A DNA stretch of 64,000 nucleotides. Origin: Glaucostegus cemiculus. Lineage: Eukaryota. Below are positions 25,405 to 37,612 of this stretch, one piece after another. A program made the translations under genes and the position numbers. How positions within the stretch are numbered: position 1 is the first letter of the stretch; each line of letters starts with the position of its first letter. Where the stretch lies: NCBI GenBank assembly GCA_976551045.1, contig CDPCPM010000151.1, forward strand, positions 4,278,001 to 4,342,000. Direction: 5' to 3'. The notes beneath the pieces are model-generated. The model did no database searches, was not told the origin of the DNA, and worked only from the letters and a program-made list of their open reading frames with translations.

Positions 25405-26189
25405 CAACAGTGAAAACACTGTGTGCAGACAATGGCTAAAGCTGCCATTCAGCCCAAGCAGGGACACTGAAGCAAGACAAATGTAATGTATTCTATACAA
25501 AGCAAGGCTGGGTCAAGGAGCCAAACACACCCCGTCCTGGCCCTAGGCACCTGGACACTGTGGGCTCTGTCATCCACTGGCAGGAGGCCCAGGCAGCAGG
25601 GTTCAACCAGCATGGAACGCCTCTGCTTCTGCCGTTTCCGAGGGCCAGTCTGCTGCCTCAGTAAAATCACCTTGACACTGATATCGAATTTTTATAAAGT
25701 ATTCTGCCATAGAGAGACATACAAACCAGAAAAGTTAATGTAATTAAATATGTCTGAAGAGCTATTGGCACTTAACCCAAACATTTCAACAAAATGCAGG
25801 CAAAAATAGATTACCATGGTACATATGTCCTTGAATATTCATATCTGGCAAGGATAATATCCCCATATCAGACAGGTGCAGAACCCACAGAGGGAACTAA
25901 CCTGGGAGGGACAGAGTGACTCCTCATAATTTAGCAAACTGAAACTGTATGAATGTCACAGAAGACGACCTGGTGTTTTATATTACTTTGTAATGTTTCT
26001 CCTTAATCTTCAGGCTCTGAAAATGCACTCCTTTTGAAAAAGAACTCCCTCAAATTTGCCTTATCTTTGGAAGCCTTCGCTAACTCTTCTCTTACCAATG
26101 TTCATTCAGGTTTTGCCTCTTCAAAGAGCTTTACAAGCTTTAGTGCATTAAGTTTCATATAAGATTTGGATGTTCATGGAGTTGACCTG

Positions 26190-26540
26190 AATCTCAATCT
26201 TTTTCATTCAAGGACTATGGCTCTGAGTTCCCGAGTGGTCATTTTACATGGGTGAACCTAGATTGTGAGCAATTGAAGCTTATTGGAAATTGAAAACTCT
26301 ATTGTGTTCTTCACCCTGGAACCCATACACATGCATCCTCAAACTGTGATGCATAGGGAACAAGGAGCATGTTTCAGAACCACTGGTTTTCCCTTTACTC
26401 CCTCGGCTGATATCAAGACTGATTGTAGCATGTTGAGCTACTGCTCTGGGTAACATCTGCTAAGTTAATGAAGATCCGGAATGTTCCTAATTTGTAAAGC
26501 TAACAACCACACCCACCACTGCATTTATTCATTGGGACAT
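26190..26540 (-). mobile_element. Ancient tRNA-derived SINE (AmnSINE2/MER131-like)
   Basis: ccgagtggtcattttacatgggtgaacctagattgtgag and gactgattgtagca are antisense to the family seen at 37770-38120. Confidence 0.5.
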
Positions 26541-26732
26541 TATTCCTTTCAAGGGCAACATTGTTCAAGATTTTAACACCATCCAGCCACCTGAAAAGGG
26601 ATGAGTCAGTGGTTAAAATCACCTTAGTCAGTTACTTGCCCTGGATCTGTCCTGATTTTGACCTGTTTAAGTACACTCACTAAGCACACCTGGACTTTCT
26701 TTTGCACTTGCATGTTGCATATTCTTGATGCC

Positions 26733-26816
26733 ACAGAGATCTGACTGTACACACAAGAGACTGCAGATGCTGGAACAGAGATCTGACTGTACACACAAGA
26801 GACTGCAGATGCTGGA
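26733..26816. repeat. Perfect 42-bp tandem duplication spanning the element junction
   Basis: acagagatctgactgtacacacaagagactgcagatgctgga at 26733-26774 and 26775-26816. Confidence 0.95.
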
Positions 26817-26924
26817 ATCTGGAACAACAAACAGATGCTGGAGGGACTCAATGGGGCAGGCGGCATCTGTGGAGGGAAATGTACAATTAACGTTTCAGGG
26901 CAAGACCCTTGAGTCCAGATGAAA
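26750..26924 (-). mobile_element. Penelope-derived terminal fragment with 13-bp TSD
   Basis: acacaagagactgcagatgctggaatctgg...gcatctgtggagggaaat...aacgtttcagggcaagaccct. agatctgactgta occurs at 26737, 26779 and 26925. Confidence 0.8.
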
Positions 26925-27124
26925 AGATCTGACTGTAATTTGAATTCCGAACCTGCACGGTAAACTTCAGTGAATTTCCATCAACCCATGGAAAAGATGA
27001 TCGCTTGATGTCAAAGGAGCTCAAACAGTTGAATTTTGAGCACCTCCCACGTGGAATGCAGGAGTACTCCTCTGCAACAGGCCTGTGTATGGAAGCTCAT
27101 GCCTGAAATAAAAGGCCTGACAGG

Positions 27125-27250
27125 TAATCTGATGAAAGGTCTTTGATCTGAAATGTTGACTCTGTTTCTCTCTCTCCAGGCACTCCCTGACAAAGTTGAG
27201 TATTTCCAGCTTTTAGCTCAGATTGTCAGCATCCACAGTACCTTGTTTTT
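27125..27250 (+). mobile_element. Penelope-derived terminal fragment
   Basis: ctgatgaaaggtc...gaaatgttgactctgtttctctc...gttgagtatttccagc...cagcatccacagta. Confidence 0.7.
27129..27157 (+). ncRNA. Minimal hammerhead ribozyme motif (PLE type), probably decayed
   Basis: CTGATGA + A + stem AGGTC/ttt/GATCT (5 bp with one G-U) + GAAA + TGTT (decayed CGTT). Stem I pairs poorly. Confidence 0.55.
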
Positions 27251-28029
27251 TGAAAGCTTAGGACTCTCCCTTACAAAACTCACATTGCTTTCCTTAAGCA
27301 CGTGACCACCATGGGACCTCTATCCCTGTAGCAGACCCTGTTATCTTTCTCAGTGTCAACAGGCTGACTTTGGGTTATGTGACTTTCCACAATCTTTCAC
27401 TGACGTTCCAGCCAGAATTAGATCAGAAGTCAGCTGGCAGGATTTATATCAGAGCTGTGAGTCAAAATACCAAAGGGCATCATATATGAAACGGGTGTCG
27501 GTCCAGAGTTGAAGGCCACCTAATACTTCCGGCTGCCTGAGTACATTAAGAAATCACAAGTCCTGCGATAACTTCTTAGAAATTACAGGGCTTGGTGCAA
27601 CCTTGAACAGATAACACAGAGACTATTTTAGTGGAACACTCACTTTCTTTTTAAAGAATGGTTAATATTAAATATTTAAAGGAGGGTGAATATTAGCATC
27701 ACCTTTGAGAAAGCTGCTTTGGATACAGCAGTCTCTGTATTATGCGTGCAATATCAGATATAACTTCCATGTAACTTTGCTTGGCCTCAGAAAGCAATGT
27801 TTATGCACTACTCTCCTTATACATTTGGAATGTGGAGATGTTCCCATAAACACACTGATCTATGATTTCTCAGGGAACAAATCTGTGCTGACAGCACATT
27901 GGCCTAGGGCAGAAATCATAGATTAAATCCTCCTGGCCTGTGAGGTTTGCAGCCAGTGGTGGGTGGGTGGAGGGCTGGAGGGGGAAGTAGTGGAGATATG
28001 GTGATTGGATTTAGATCTCCCACCACCGT

Positions 28030-28315
28030 GTTCAGTTCCTCTCTCTCATCGGCAGAAGGTACAAAAGCCTGAAAGCACGTACCACCAGGCTCAAGGACAG
28101 CTTCTATCCTGCTGTTTTTTCAGACTATTGAGCATTTCCATAGTATGATAAGATGGACTCTTGACCTCACAATCTACCTTATTAGAACCTTGCACCTTAT
28201 TGTCTGCCTGTACTGCACTCCCTCTGTAGCTGTAACACTTTATTCTGCACTCTGTTACTGTTTTACTTTGTACTACCTCGATGCACTGTGTAATGAATTG
28301 ATCAATTCCAATACC
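28030..28315 (+). mobile_element. Rex1/Babar 3' end (same subfamily as 19958-20790)
   Basis: GRRYKSLKARTTRLKDSFYP; the UTR is very similar to 20540-20715. Confidence 0.88.
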
Positions 28316-29084
28316 TGTAAATGCACAGGGAGACAAGCACAGAGGCTATCCCCATCCTTTCTCAATAATGAGTTTGGAAGAGGACAGCTACAACTGCAAT
28401 TTCACCATTTGATGCTGCCCACTGTAACTATTGCACTACATTGTGCATTTATAAACCTTTGAAATTATGCTGTGGCTGTTTTTTGGTTCCATTCCCTCTA
28501 CATCTAGCAATACATTGTATATAACAGTGATGCCTTTCCATTCCTTGCCAATCTTTCTTTGTTGATTTGCTCTCTTTCTTCCTGAAGGAATTGAACATTT
28601 ATTGGAGAACTGCTTAAGAAAGGTACAAACCACAACAGCACATTTTCTTTAACGATCTAAGTGCCACAGCTAAGAGCTCCTTTAAGATGAGATCCAATGA
28701 AATTAATCAATTAACCTTTGAGGCCAATCACATAAGATTTTACACAGTGAGTTTGCCCATGATGTGTTTTTTGAGCTGTGTAGTTAAATACCATACACAT
28801 ACACAGGTCCTATTACCTCACACTACCCTGATTTGAATATATTATAGGAATCATCTTATCTACCTCCTCCTTCTACATGGGTGGGGTTAAGCCAAAAGAC
28901 ACTCATCAGCAGACTCTCTGTTTCTTATACATTACTAATATTGTTAATTACTTCTTCATTAAGGACAAGTATATAATTTATTATTGTATTAAAACTTTAC
29001 ATTGGAAACACTTAAATTCATCTGGGACTTATTTTCTTTGGAATGCATCCTGGTCTCAGGGGGTCAGGAATATGATTGGTGAGA

Positions 29085-29180
29085 TTGATCTGAAATGTTT
29101 CCACAGATTCTGCCTGAGCTGCTGAGTGCTTCCAACATTTTCTATTTTTGCTTGAGATTTCCAGCATCCGTAGCTTCTTT
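29085..29180 (+). mobile_element. Penelope-derived terminal fragment
   Basis: gatctgaaatgtt..ccacagattctgcctgagctgctgagtgcttccaacatttt...agatttccagcatccgtag. Confidence 0.65.
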
Positions 29181-29574
29181 TATGTTTATTTACTTGATGG
29201 ATGGGGAGACTGGATGTTAGAATGGGACCCACACTACAGGAGTCCTAATCCAGCGTTGCTTTATTGAAATCCAGTAGTCTTGGGAGTAACCAATGATGGC
29301 CTCTCCTGGGACAACTTAGTCTAATTTTCCCAACAATACTCGAAAAGGAGAATGAACAGGAATTAACATCATCTCATATGTGACTGACATGGAAACCCAT
29401 CAGGCAACTAGAGGCCAATCACTTGGCAAAACGCCCAGATAGATATCCAGAGTGGTGCAAAACAACCCAGTTATGGCTGTAATCTCATTTCAGACTGTGT
29501 AAAGTCAATTTTCAATCAATCACGTAAGGCTTAAATAAAATAGTATTATGCAAATAAATTTCCAGGCCAATGTC

Positions 29575-31310
29575 TCAGAGTGAAAGATGAATCATGCCTA
29601 GTCCTGTGACTAGTGGTGTGCCACAGAGATCAGTGCTGAGCCCATTGTTTGTCATTTACATAAACGATTTGGATGAGGAATGTACAAGATATGGTTAGTA
29701 AGTCTGCAAATGTCACTCAAATAGGTGGTGTTGTTGACAGTGAAGAAGATTATTAAAAAGTTACAGGGGGATCTTAATCAGCTAGGTAAGTGGGCACATT
29801 GATGCAATTACGAAGAAGGCATACCAGTGGCTCTACTTCGTTAGGAGTTTGAGGAGATTTGGTATGTCACCAAAGACTCTTGCAAATCAGAATCAGAATC
29901 AGGTTTATTATCACTGACATATGTCGTGAAATCTGTTGTTTTGTGGCAGCAGTACAGTGCAGGACATAAAGCCATAAAAATTACTATAAATTACAAAAAT
30001 AAATAGGACTGATTGCATCATAGCCTGGTATAGAGGCTCCAGTGCATAGGATCGCAAGGGGCTGTAGAGGGTTGTAGACTCGGCCAGCTCCATCACAGGC
30101 ACAACCCTTCCTACCATCGAGGATATCTTTAAGAGGCAGTGCCTCAAGAAGGCAACATCCATCATTAAGGACCCTCACCATGCGGGACATGCCCTCTTCT
30201 CATTACTACAATGAGGGAAGAGGTACAGGAGCCTGAAGACCCACACTCAACGTTTCAGGAACAGCTTCTTCCCCTCTGTCATCAGCTTTCTTTATGGTCC
30301 ATGAACTCATGAGCACTACCTCATTGTTCCTTTTTTTGAACTATTTATTTATTTTGTAATTTATGGTAATTTTATGTCTTGGCACTTTGCTGCTGCTGCA
30401 AACAATAAATTTCACATCACATAAGACATTGATAATAAACCTGATTCTGACTCAAATGGCGTTCAATCCAGAAAAGTGCAAGGCTTTGCATTTTGGGAGG
30501 TCAAACCAGAGTAGGAGCTTTGCCAGGAATGGTAGGGCCCTGGGGAGTACTATAGAACCTGGGAGTACAAGTACATAGTGGTGTCATAGGTAGATCAGGT
30601 GGTGGAGAAGGTGTTTGGCATGCTGGCCTTCACCTTCAATGTCAGGGCATTGAGTATAGGTATTGGGACATTCTGTTGCACTTGTACAAGATGTTGATGA
30701 GGCCACACCTGGAGTACTGTGCGGGTGAGGCTACACCTGGAGCCTGGAGTACTGTGTGGGTGAGGCCACACTTGAAGTACTGTGTGCAGTTTTGCTTACC
30801 CTATTATAGGAAAGTGTCACTAAGCTGGAAAGAGTGCAAAGAAGATTTACAAGAATGTTGCCAGGACTTGAGGGCCTGAGTTATAGGGATACTAGCACTT
30901 TAATCCTTGGAATGTAGGAGATTGAGGGGTGACATGATAGAGCTGTATAAAATCATGAGGAGCATAGATAGGGTGAATGCACACAGTTTTTTACATGGAG
31001 AAAGGGAATCAAAAACTAGAGGGCACAGGTTTAAGGTGGGGGGGGAGTGGGGGGGGGAGTGGGGGAAAGATTTAAAAGGGACCTGAAGGGTAACTTCTTT
31101 GTGCAGAAGCTGGTACGTATATGGAATGAGCTGCCAGAGGGAGTGGTTGAGACAGGTACAATAACAGCATTAAAAAGACAGTTGGACAGGTACATGGATA
31201 GGAAAGGTTTACGGTGATATGGGCCAAATGTGGGAAAATGGGACTAGCTTAGTTGGGAATGTTGGTTGGCAAGGACAAGTTGGGCCATGCTTTACTACTC
31301 TCTGACTGTA
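29575..31310 (+). mobile_element. CR1 LINE 3' portion (29575-29795 and 30453-31310), split by a Rex element
   Basis: VTSGVPQRSVL..VIYINDLD..VSKSAN before the insertion; QMAFNPEKCKALHFG and RPHLEYC after it. Confidence 0.88.
29796..30452 (+). mobile_element. Rex1/Babar 3' portion nested in CR1; contains an antisense Rex tail at 29887-30006
   Basis: KKAYQWLYFVRSLRRFG, KGL*RVVDSASSITG and HTQRFRNSFFP; tail aataaacctgattctga. The internal antisense tail begins tcagaatcagaatcaggtttatt. Confidence 0.88.
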
Positions 31311-31329
31311 TGAGTCTAAACTAGCAGAA

Positions 31330-31540
31330 TTGCTTCAAATAGCACCAATGCAATTTGGTCTTACATCCACTTGAGTGGGACTTTGGCTTACCATCTCACC
31401 TGGAAAGTTCTCTGCACTGCCACATTCCTTCTATACCTAGCTGAAATGTCAGCTTAGTTCACCCTTATTTATCGACTGGGATTGAATGCCTAACCTGCTG
31501 CCTTGGGCGTGACATTTGAATTGCTAAGCAAAGCTGACAA
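31330..31540 (-). mobile_element. Deu-domain SINE (SacSINE1/AmnSINE1-like), old
   Basis: tcttacatccacttgag..ttggcttaccatctcacctggaaag..aatgtcagcttag..gggattgaatgcc..aagctgaca resembles the antisense Deu domain and head. Confidence 0.6.
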
Positions 31541-32919
31541 TTATTAGCAACTCTATTATTAGAAACCCTAACGATATAGCTGAAGAAAAGTCACAACATA
31601 GTGGAATTTTCCCGTCAGAGTCATGCACTCACAGAGACACAAAGTGGAATTTTCAAACCTATTTTTTAATGAAAAATAAAGACTTTTATTATTATAAGTA
31701 ATGATATATTATTTGTTCTTAACAATAGTCATTATTTGCACAGAAAAATTGAATTATTCTGTACTGTCATTTTAAGGAAGTATTAGAAAGTGTGAGTTGT
31801 GGTTAAAAGAGATTCAGATAATTTAATCAACTGTTAATTAAGAATAGACTGTAAGGCCTATTCATGGAAGGGCACATCATTTTAATTGGTGGAATACAAG
31901 AGAGTTCTCAATTTTGGTGTCAGAGGGGTTTGTTTGAGAGGAAGATTTATGTTCCTTGAATTGCAGCTGAAAGAATGAGGCTGACCTGCTCCCAAAGCTG
32001 CAGGGCACTGGACCAGTCAGTTTATATACCCTATTAAAATTTAACTTTCTCATGGGAAAGCAAAACTGGCATGGAGGCTTTTCACACATCAGTGGTTTGG
32101 TGCTTTTCTATTGGACTTGGATGTCGGAGGGAAAGGATAACTCCTTAATCTGAAAAAGACTGAGAAATATCTACTTACTGTTCTGGGAGCAGATTGTACA
32201 TTAATCACTTAGATAATTGTGCCTCTGCTGAAGAAAAGAAAACATTACACGTTGATTAATCTGGTCCCTTGTAATTCAAAGTCAGTCTATTCAAATGATC
32301 TGATAATTCAATTGTTCAAACCACTAAGGCCCCATTTTCATCTTTATCACTTGCTAGATAATTTTGTTATTTTTTATTCCAAGGATAGTTTTATCAAAAA
32401 TTTTGCAAATCTCAAATAATCCTATGGAGCATGGTAGTAGTTCTGGGTTAGAATTAACAACAGTATATTTCAATTGGATGTAAGTTCCTCTGGTCACCAG
32501 ACTGGTGAAGAGATTTGTGCAGATATGATAGGAGAATCTATTCTTTTCAAACACTGTGTTTTTCATTAATATTATAAAAGCTACAGGAAAGTATCTCCTG
32601 TGTCTGAATATCTTGTTTCCATGCCAATTCTCTCCTCCATAATAGAGGATTTCAGGATTATGAAGGGTTAAGTTAGAGGTGATAGATTATTATCTGTGCT
32701 GCCTCAAACATTTGAATGTCTCCCTTGTATCTTGGCAACCATTGTGCTTGAAATACTGTCTGATCAAAAGACTGTGCAATTTGATTATGACTTCTTCTGA
32801 CTCATATTCAAATATGTAGGCTATGTAGATCTGTATTCTATTTATTGTCTCTGTTGATTGCTGTTTATGTATTGTTTGGACAAGTCATTGATGTAAGTTA
32901 GAAACAATTGCAGTCACAG

Positions 32920-33185
32920 CAACAAGCCCTGGGATACCTCATTCACTAATCCACCCCCTACCCTGCAGTAATTCTTCTGACAAGTACCTGTTGTTATCAA
33001 CCCTTCAGCCAATTTTGTATCTATCCCCAGATTCCCCACAGCTTTCAGCTTAATTAATAGCTTTTTGTGTGGAGCTTGTCAAATGTCTTTTGGAAGTCTA
33101 GGTAAACCAAGTCACAGGGCTTTGCACAGTACATTGAAGTTTTACTTCCTCAAATAAGTCAAGGAGATTGATTAAGTAGTTGCTT
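32920..33185 (-). mobile_element. CR1 RT fragment, old
   Basis: The minus strand encodes DLVYLDFQKTFDK (ttgtcaaatgtcttttggaagtctaggtaaac). Confidence 0.7.
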
Positions 33186-33759
33186 ATAAAAGGGAAAAGT
33201 GAATGGGAAATGAGCAGAAGGGAGCTGGATAGTTTAAATTTAATTTAAGTGCATCTCAAGGTTTGTTTCTGCTTTAACTTTTCCTCCTTGAAGGCGATGG
33301 CTCTTGCTTGTGTGCAGATCCTAAACTCAAGGAGCTATTCTTAATGTGTGAGAGACATAACTGTAAACAGGGCATTTGACCTTCAAAAAGAACATAATGC
33401 AAGTTCTTTCCAATAAGCATTTTCCAGAAGAGATCACTGTAAAGTGATTAGGAGTGAACCTGAACAACTCCTCCTCCTCCCTGGGCCCAGTGCTGATAAG
33501 GTCAATTGCAACTGAAAGAATAAAAGAGGGAAACAGATGGAGCAGAGCAGACAGTAGGGAGGAAAGAAGGGAGGCTGAGAAAGACAGATGTGCACAAAGC
33601 ATCAAAGCAAGAGGAATGATCATACAATGATAACAACATAGGTTTTGCAAATATTCTGTACACTTAATACTACCGTTCTCCAATACAAAATGCTTTGTGA
33701 TGTCCTTGACGGTACCCAGCCCAAAAATTGTATTGAAGTGAGAGAAGGTGACACAATAC

Positions 33760-36015
33760 AGTGCTCAAAGAAAGCTAAAACAAGGGGAACATAATTTAGC
33801 CACTGAAAGATTCAATGGATGATTAAAAAGACAATGAAGGAGTAAACAGATTATGATAAGCTAGTACTAAGGATAAAAGCAGACAGCAAGCGTTTCTATA
33901 TGTATGTGGAAAGGAGGAGAGTAGCTTGGCCCCTTCAAAAATGAGACTGGGAAATAAGGAAGTGGCAGAGACTTTGAACAAATATTTTAAATCTGCCTTC
34001 ATGGTAGAAGACATCAAAAACATACCTCTAACAGTTGAAGATCAGGTGGCAAAAGGAGGGAGAAGCTTAATCATTGTCGTAGGAAAAAAAACACTCAGCA
34101 AACCATTGGGACTTATTGACATTTCCCAAGACGTGATACATTCATCATAAAAGAAGTGGCTGCAGAGGTAGTGGTAGTTGCAACCTTCCATAGATCCCTA
34201 GGCTCCTGCCTGGATTTTGGAAACTTCCCAGAAGATTAGAAAACTAACCCTATTTAAAAAAAGGAATCAGAAAAGCAGAAAAGCTCCATGCCAGATAGCC
34301 TAATATCTGTCATTGTGAAAATCCTGCAAGTCATTTTTAAGAAAGCAGTAAAACATTTAAAATATTAATTTATAAGGAGGCAGATTCAATGTGGTTTTCA
34401 TGAAAGGGCAGTAAAACTGAAAAAGTATCTGTGGAGACAGAAAACTTGAAATTATTTCAGTTGATAACACAATCACAAAATGTGGAATTTATTAAAGTTC
34501 TTTGAGATGTAACTAGCTGGATGGATAAAAGGGAACCAATAAACATAGTGTATTTGTATCTCCAAAGAGTGTCCAATGACATGGCATGAAAAATGTCTAG
34601 GTGTCTCCAGAAGGATTCCTGACACAGTATGTGGACAGGCTGGCTAGAGGAGATGGGTTAGTAAGTTTGTGGATGACGTGAAGGTTGGAGGAGTTGTGGA
34701 TAGTGTAGAAGGTTGTCGTAGGTTACAACAGGATATAGACAGGATGCAGAGTTGGGCAGAGAAGTGGCAGATGGAATTCAATCTAGAAAAGTGTGAAGTG
34801 ATACACTTTGGAAGAATGAACTTTAAGGCTGAGTAGAAGGTTAATGGCAGGATTCTGAGCAGTGTAGAGGAATAGAGGGATCTTGGGGTCCAAGTCCATC
34901 GATCCCTCAAAGTTGCTGCACTGGTTAATCAGGTGGTTAAGAAGGCGTAGGGTGTGTTGGCCTTCATTAGTCAGTGGATTGAATTCAAGAACCACGAGGT
35001 AATGTTGCAGCCCCATAAAACTCTGGTTAGGTCACGCTTAGAGTATTGTGTTCAGTTTTGGTCACCTTATTATAGGAAGGATGTGGAAGCTTTAGAGAGG
35101 GTGCAGAGGAGATTTACCAGGATGCTGCCTGAATTAGAGAACATGTCTTATGAGGAAAATTTGGGCGAGCTAGGGCTTTTCTCTTTGGAATGACACAGGA
35201 TGAAAGGCAACTTGATAGAGGTGGATAAGATTATGAGGAGAATAGATAGAGTGGACAGCCTGCACTTTTTCCCCAGGGCGGCAATAGCCAATACCAGAGG
35301 GCACCCACTTAAGGTCAGAGGAGGAAAGTTCAGGGAAGATGTCAGAGGTAGGTTCTTTACACAGACAGTAGTGGGTGCCTGGAATGTACTGCCAGGGGTG
35401 GTTGTAGAGGTTTTTTACAATAGGGACATTTAAAAGTCTCTTAGATAGGCACATGGAAGTAAGAAACATGGAGGGTTATAGGCTGTGCAGGAGGGAAGGG
35501 TTAGCTTGATCATAGAGTAGGTTCATGATGTCCACTGGTTCGTATAGTTCAGCACAACATTGTGGGCTGAGGGCCCCATACTATGCTGTACTGTTCTATG
35601 TTATTTCACAAGGTGCATTTTATTGGTATTGATATTGGTATTGATATTGGAGTAATCTATTAGTATTGACAGCTAAAGAATGGAAGACAGAGAGATAGGA
35701 TGAATGGATCATTTTCAAGCTGGCAAGATGCAACTGCTCAGATCCATAGGGATCAGTGCTAGGACCTCAAACTACTTACAATCCACATTAACACCATTTG
35801 TTGGGCGATGGAGATGGGAAGAAATTTCTTCCTTCAGTGGGTGATGAACCTTTGGAATTCTCTATTTCACAGACCTGGGGAGATTCAGTCACTGAATCCA
35901 ATCAAGGCTGAAACAGATAGAAATTTGGACTGTACAGGAGTAAAAAGCTATGAGGAACAGGCAAGAGAATGGAGCTGAGGCCATGATCTAATCAGTCATG
36001 ATCTCATTGAATGGA
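33760..36015 (+). mobile_element. Old CR1 ORF2 (33760-34590 and 35601-36015), split by a younger CR1
   Basis: GNKEVAETLNKYF.SAF, PLFKK, CGFHERA and KFFE..TSWMDKREP before the insertion; GSVLGPQ and a 3' UTR after it. Confidence 0.75.
34600..35602 (+). mobile_element. CR1 LINE, younger, with an endonuclease-derived 5' fragment fused to RT domain 5
   Basis: EGFLTQYVDR..RG (34610-34651) is followed directly by WVSKFVDDVK. ORFs 34954 and 35200 are CR1 C-terminus. Tail tgctgtactgttctatgtt. Confidence 0.9.
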
Positions 36016-36029
36016 GAATTTAAACTTCC

Positions 36030-36189
36030 ATAGTTTTTAATGTTTTTTTTGTTCAGTGTGTCTGTGTGGCTCTGCTGTTTGTTTGTTATTTAATGGGACG
36101 AGCACCTGGGGAGGACGGTATCTTGCTCCTATGCATACTATGTATGTATATGGTTGTGACAATAAAACTGATTCTGATTCTGATTCTGA
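36030..36189 (+). mobile_element. Rex1/Babar 3' UTR with (ATTCTG)n tail
   Basis: gagcacct...acggtatcttgctcctatgcata...gtgacaataaaactgattctgattctgattctga; related to 1330-1423. Confidence 0.8.
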
Positions 36190-37612
36190 AGCACGATCAA
36201 TTAGGCGACACTTGCTCCTGCTTCTTATGTCCTCGAATTTTTAACTCTTCTTCAAAAGGATGCAAATAAAGAGGAAAAAAAAATTAAATTTGCATGTCAT
36301 GCTATCATAGTGATAATGTTTCTTTAATTCTAAAAAAAAAGCAAGTGTTCCGAATGGCTCAGAAACAATGGAGAAAAATTTCTGTGATTTTCTCCTGATC
36401 TCCTGCAATTAATTCAATGTAGACCAGCAGAACCCCTGGAGAAATTAAGCTATGACAATCGATCAGGAGGTTCCCCATGGAAATTCCAGGCATATCTCTT
36501 TAAACCCAGCTGCTGTGTTCCTGTCACTTCAGATGACGAAGCACTATAGTGTGGTCAAGAAGAAAGTGAAGCAGAGCAGCTTAATTTGGATCAACTACAT
36601 TGGTATTTTAATTCTCCATGAAAGGGGGATTTGTGACCCTTCCTAATAGGACCAGTTTTTGTTCCAATTTCAAAAGAAACAAAGCTGACTGTCCCTTATG
36701 GACAATTTACATAAAATTAATTTTTAACTAAACCAATACCACATGAGCTGCATAAACTGAACAACTTTTCAATCTTGATGTACATCTGTAGTGGCTTGTG
36801 TAAGAATTTCAGATTCCTACATACCAGAAAACATTCTGTAAGTAAACATTCATCATTTGGGCGGACGTGTAGTGGAATTAATAACCATTACCCTGAATGG
36901 ATCAATAACTCTATAACCGAACTTGCTCAGTAACCTGACACCCACTCTGACCTGAATGAGTAACTCCCTCCAGCTGTCCAGCACATGTAACCCTTTCTCT
37001 ACTTCATGCATATAATGTGAATGAGACTAGAAAACATACATGCCTGCCCAGAATGTAACAGATAGTGAGTTCAGTGATAGAACTTGGAGACAGATTCAGT
37101 CCCCAAACCTGGCAATAATTCCCAGTGTGTTTCCTCCTAACATTCATAACTCCTTATGATACATCTCTTGCTCAATGACATAGGTATTCTGTGTTGCACG
37201 AGCCAGTCTTAGGTGATGCCAGGGCCACTGAAGTAATTGAAGAGGTTCAGTATTAAGAACAGAATTATCCTTGGTGTTTCCAATTGTTTTCCAGCAATCC
37301 CTGCTGGAACTTTTTATGTTTTGCCATTGGGTGAACACAAGGTTGTACAGTTGTCCAGGTTACTACAGGAACTTGCAGTTAAATAATGGCCACTTGGATG
37401 AGGTGCCAATGGGTTACCTGATGCAGTACCAAATCCAATTCCAACTAGAAGGTGTTAGAAGAGGTGAGGGAAGAAAATTATTTGGAAAGGACAAATGGCT
37501 AATTATTTATAGCTATTCTCCAACTTGTTAACTGGTTGCTAGCAAGCATAAAGATGCTTTACATGAAATTATGGTTCTCCTTGTGGCTCTCCAGGTAAAG
37601 GGTTTTTCCTGA

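Noticed and set aside
26733-26937. Repeat-spacer-repeat pattern reminiscent of CRISPR
   Set aside because: Eukaryotic context; fully explained by a TSD plus a tandem duplication.
35621-35650. (tattggtattga)x2.5 resembling an antisense Rex tail
   Set aside because: No adjoining Rex UTR; simpler as local slippage inside the old CR1.
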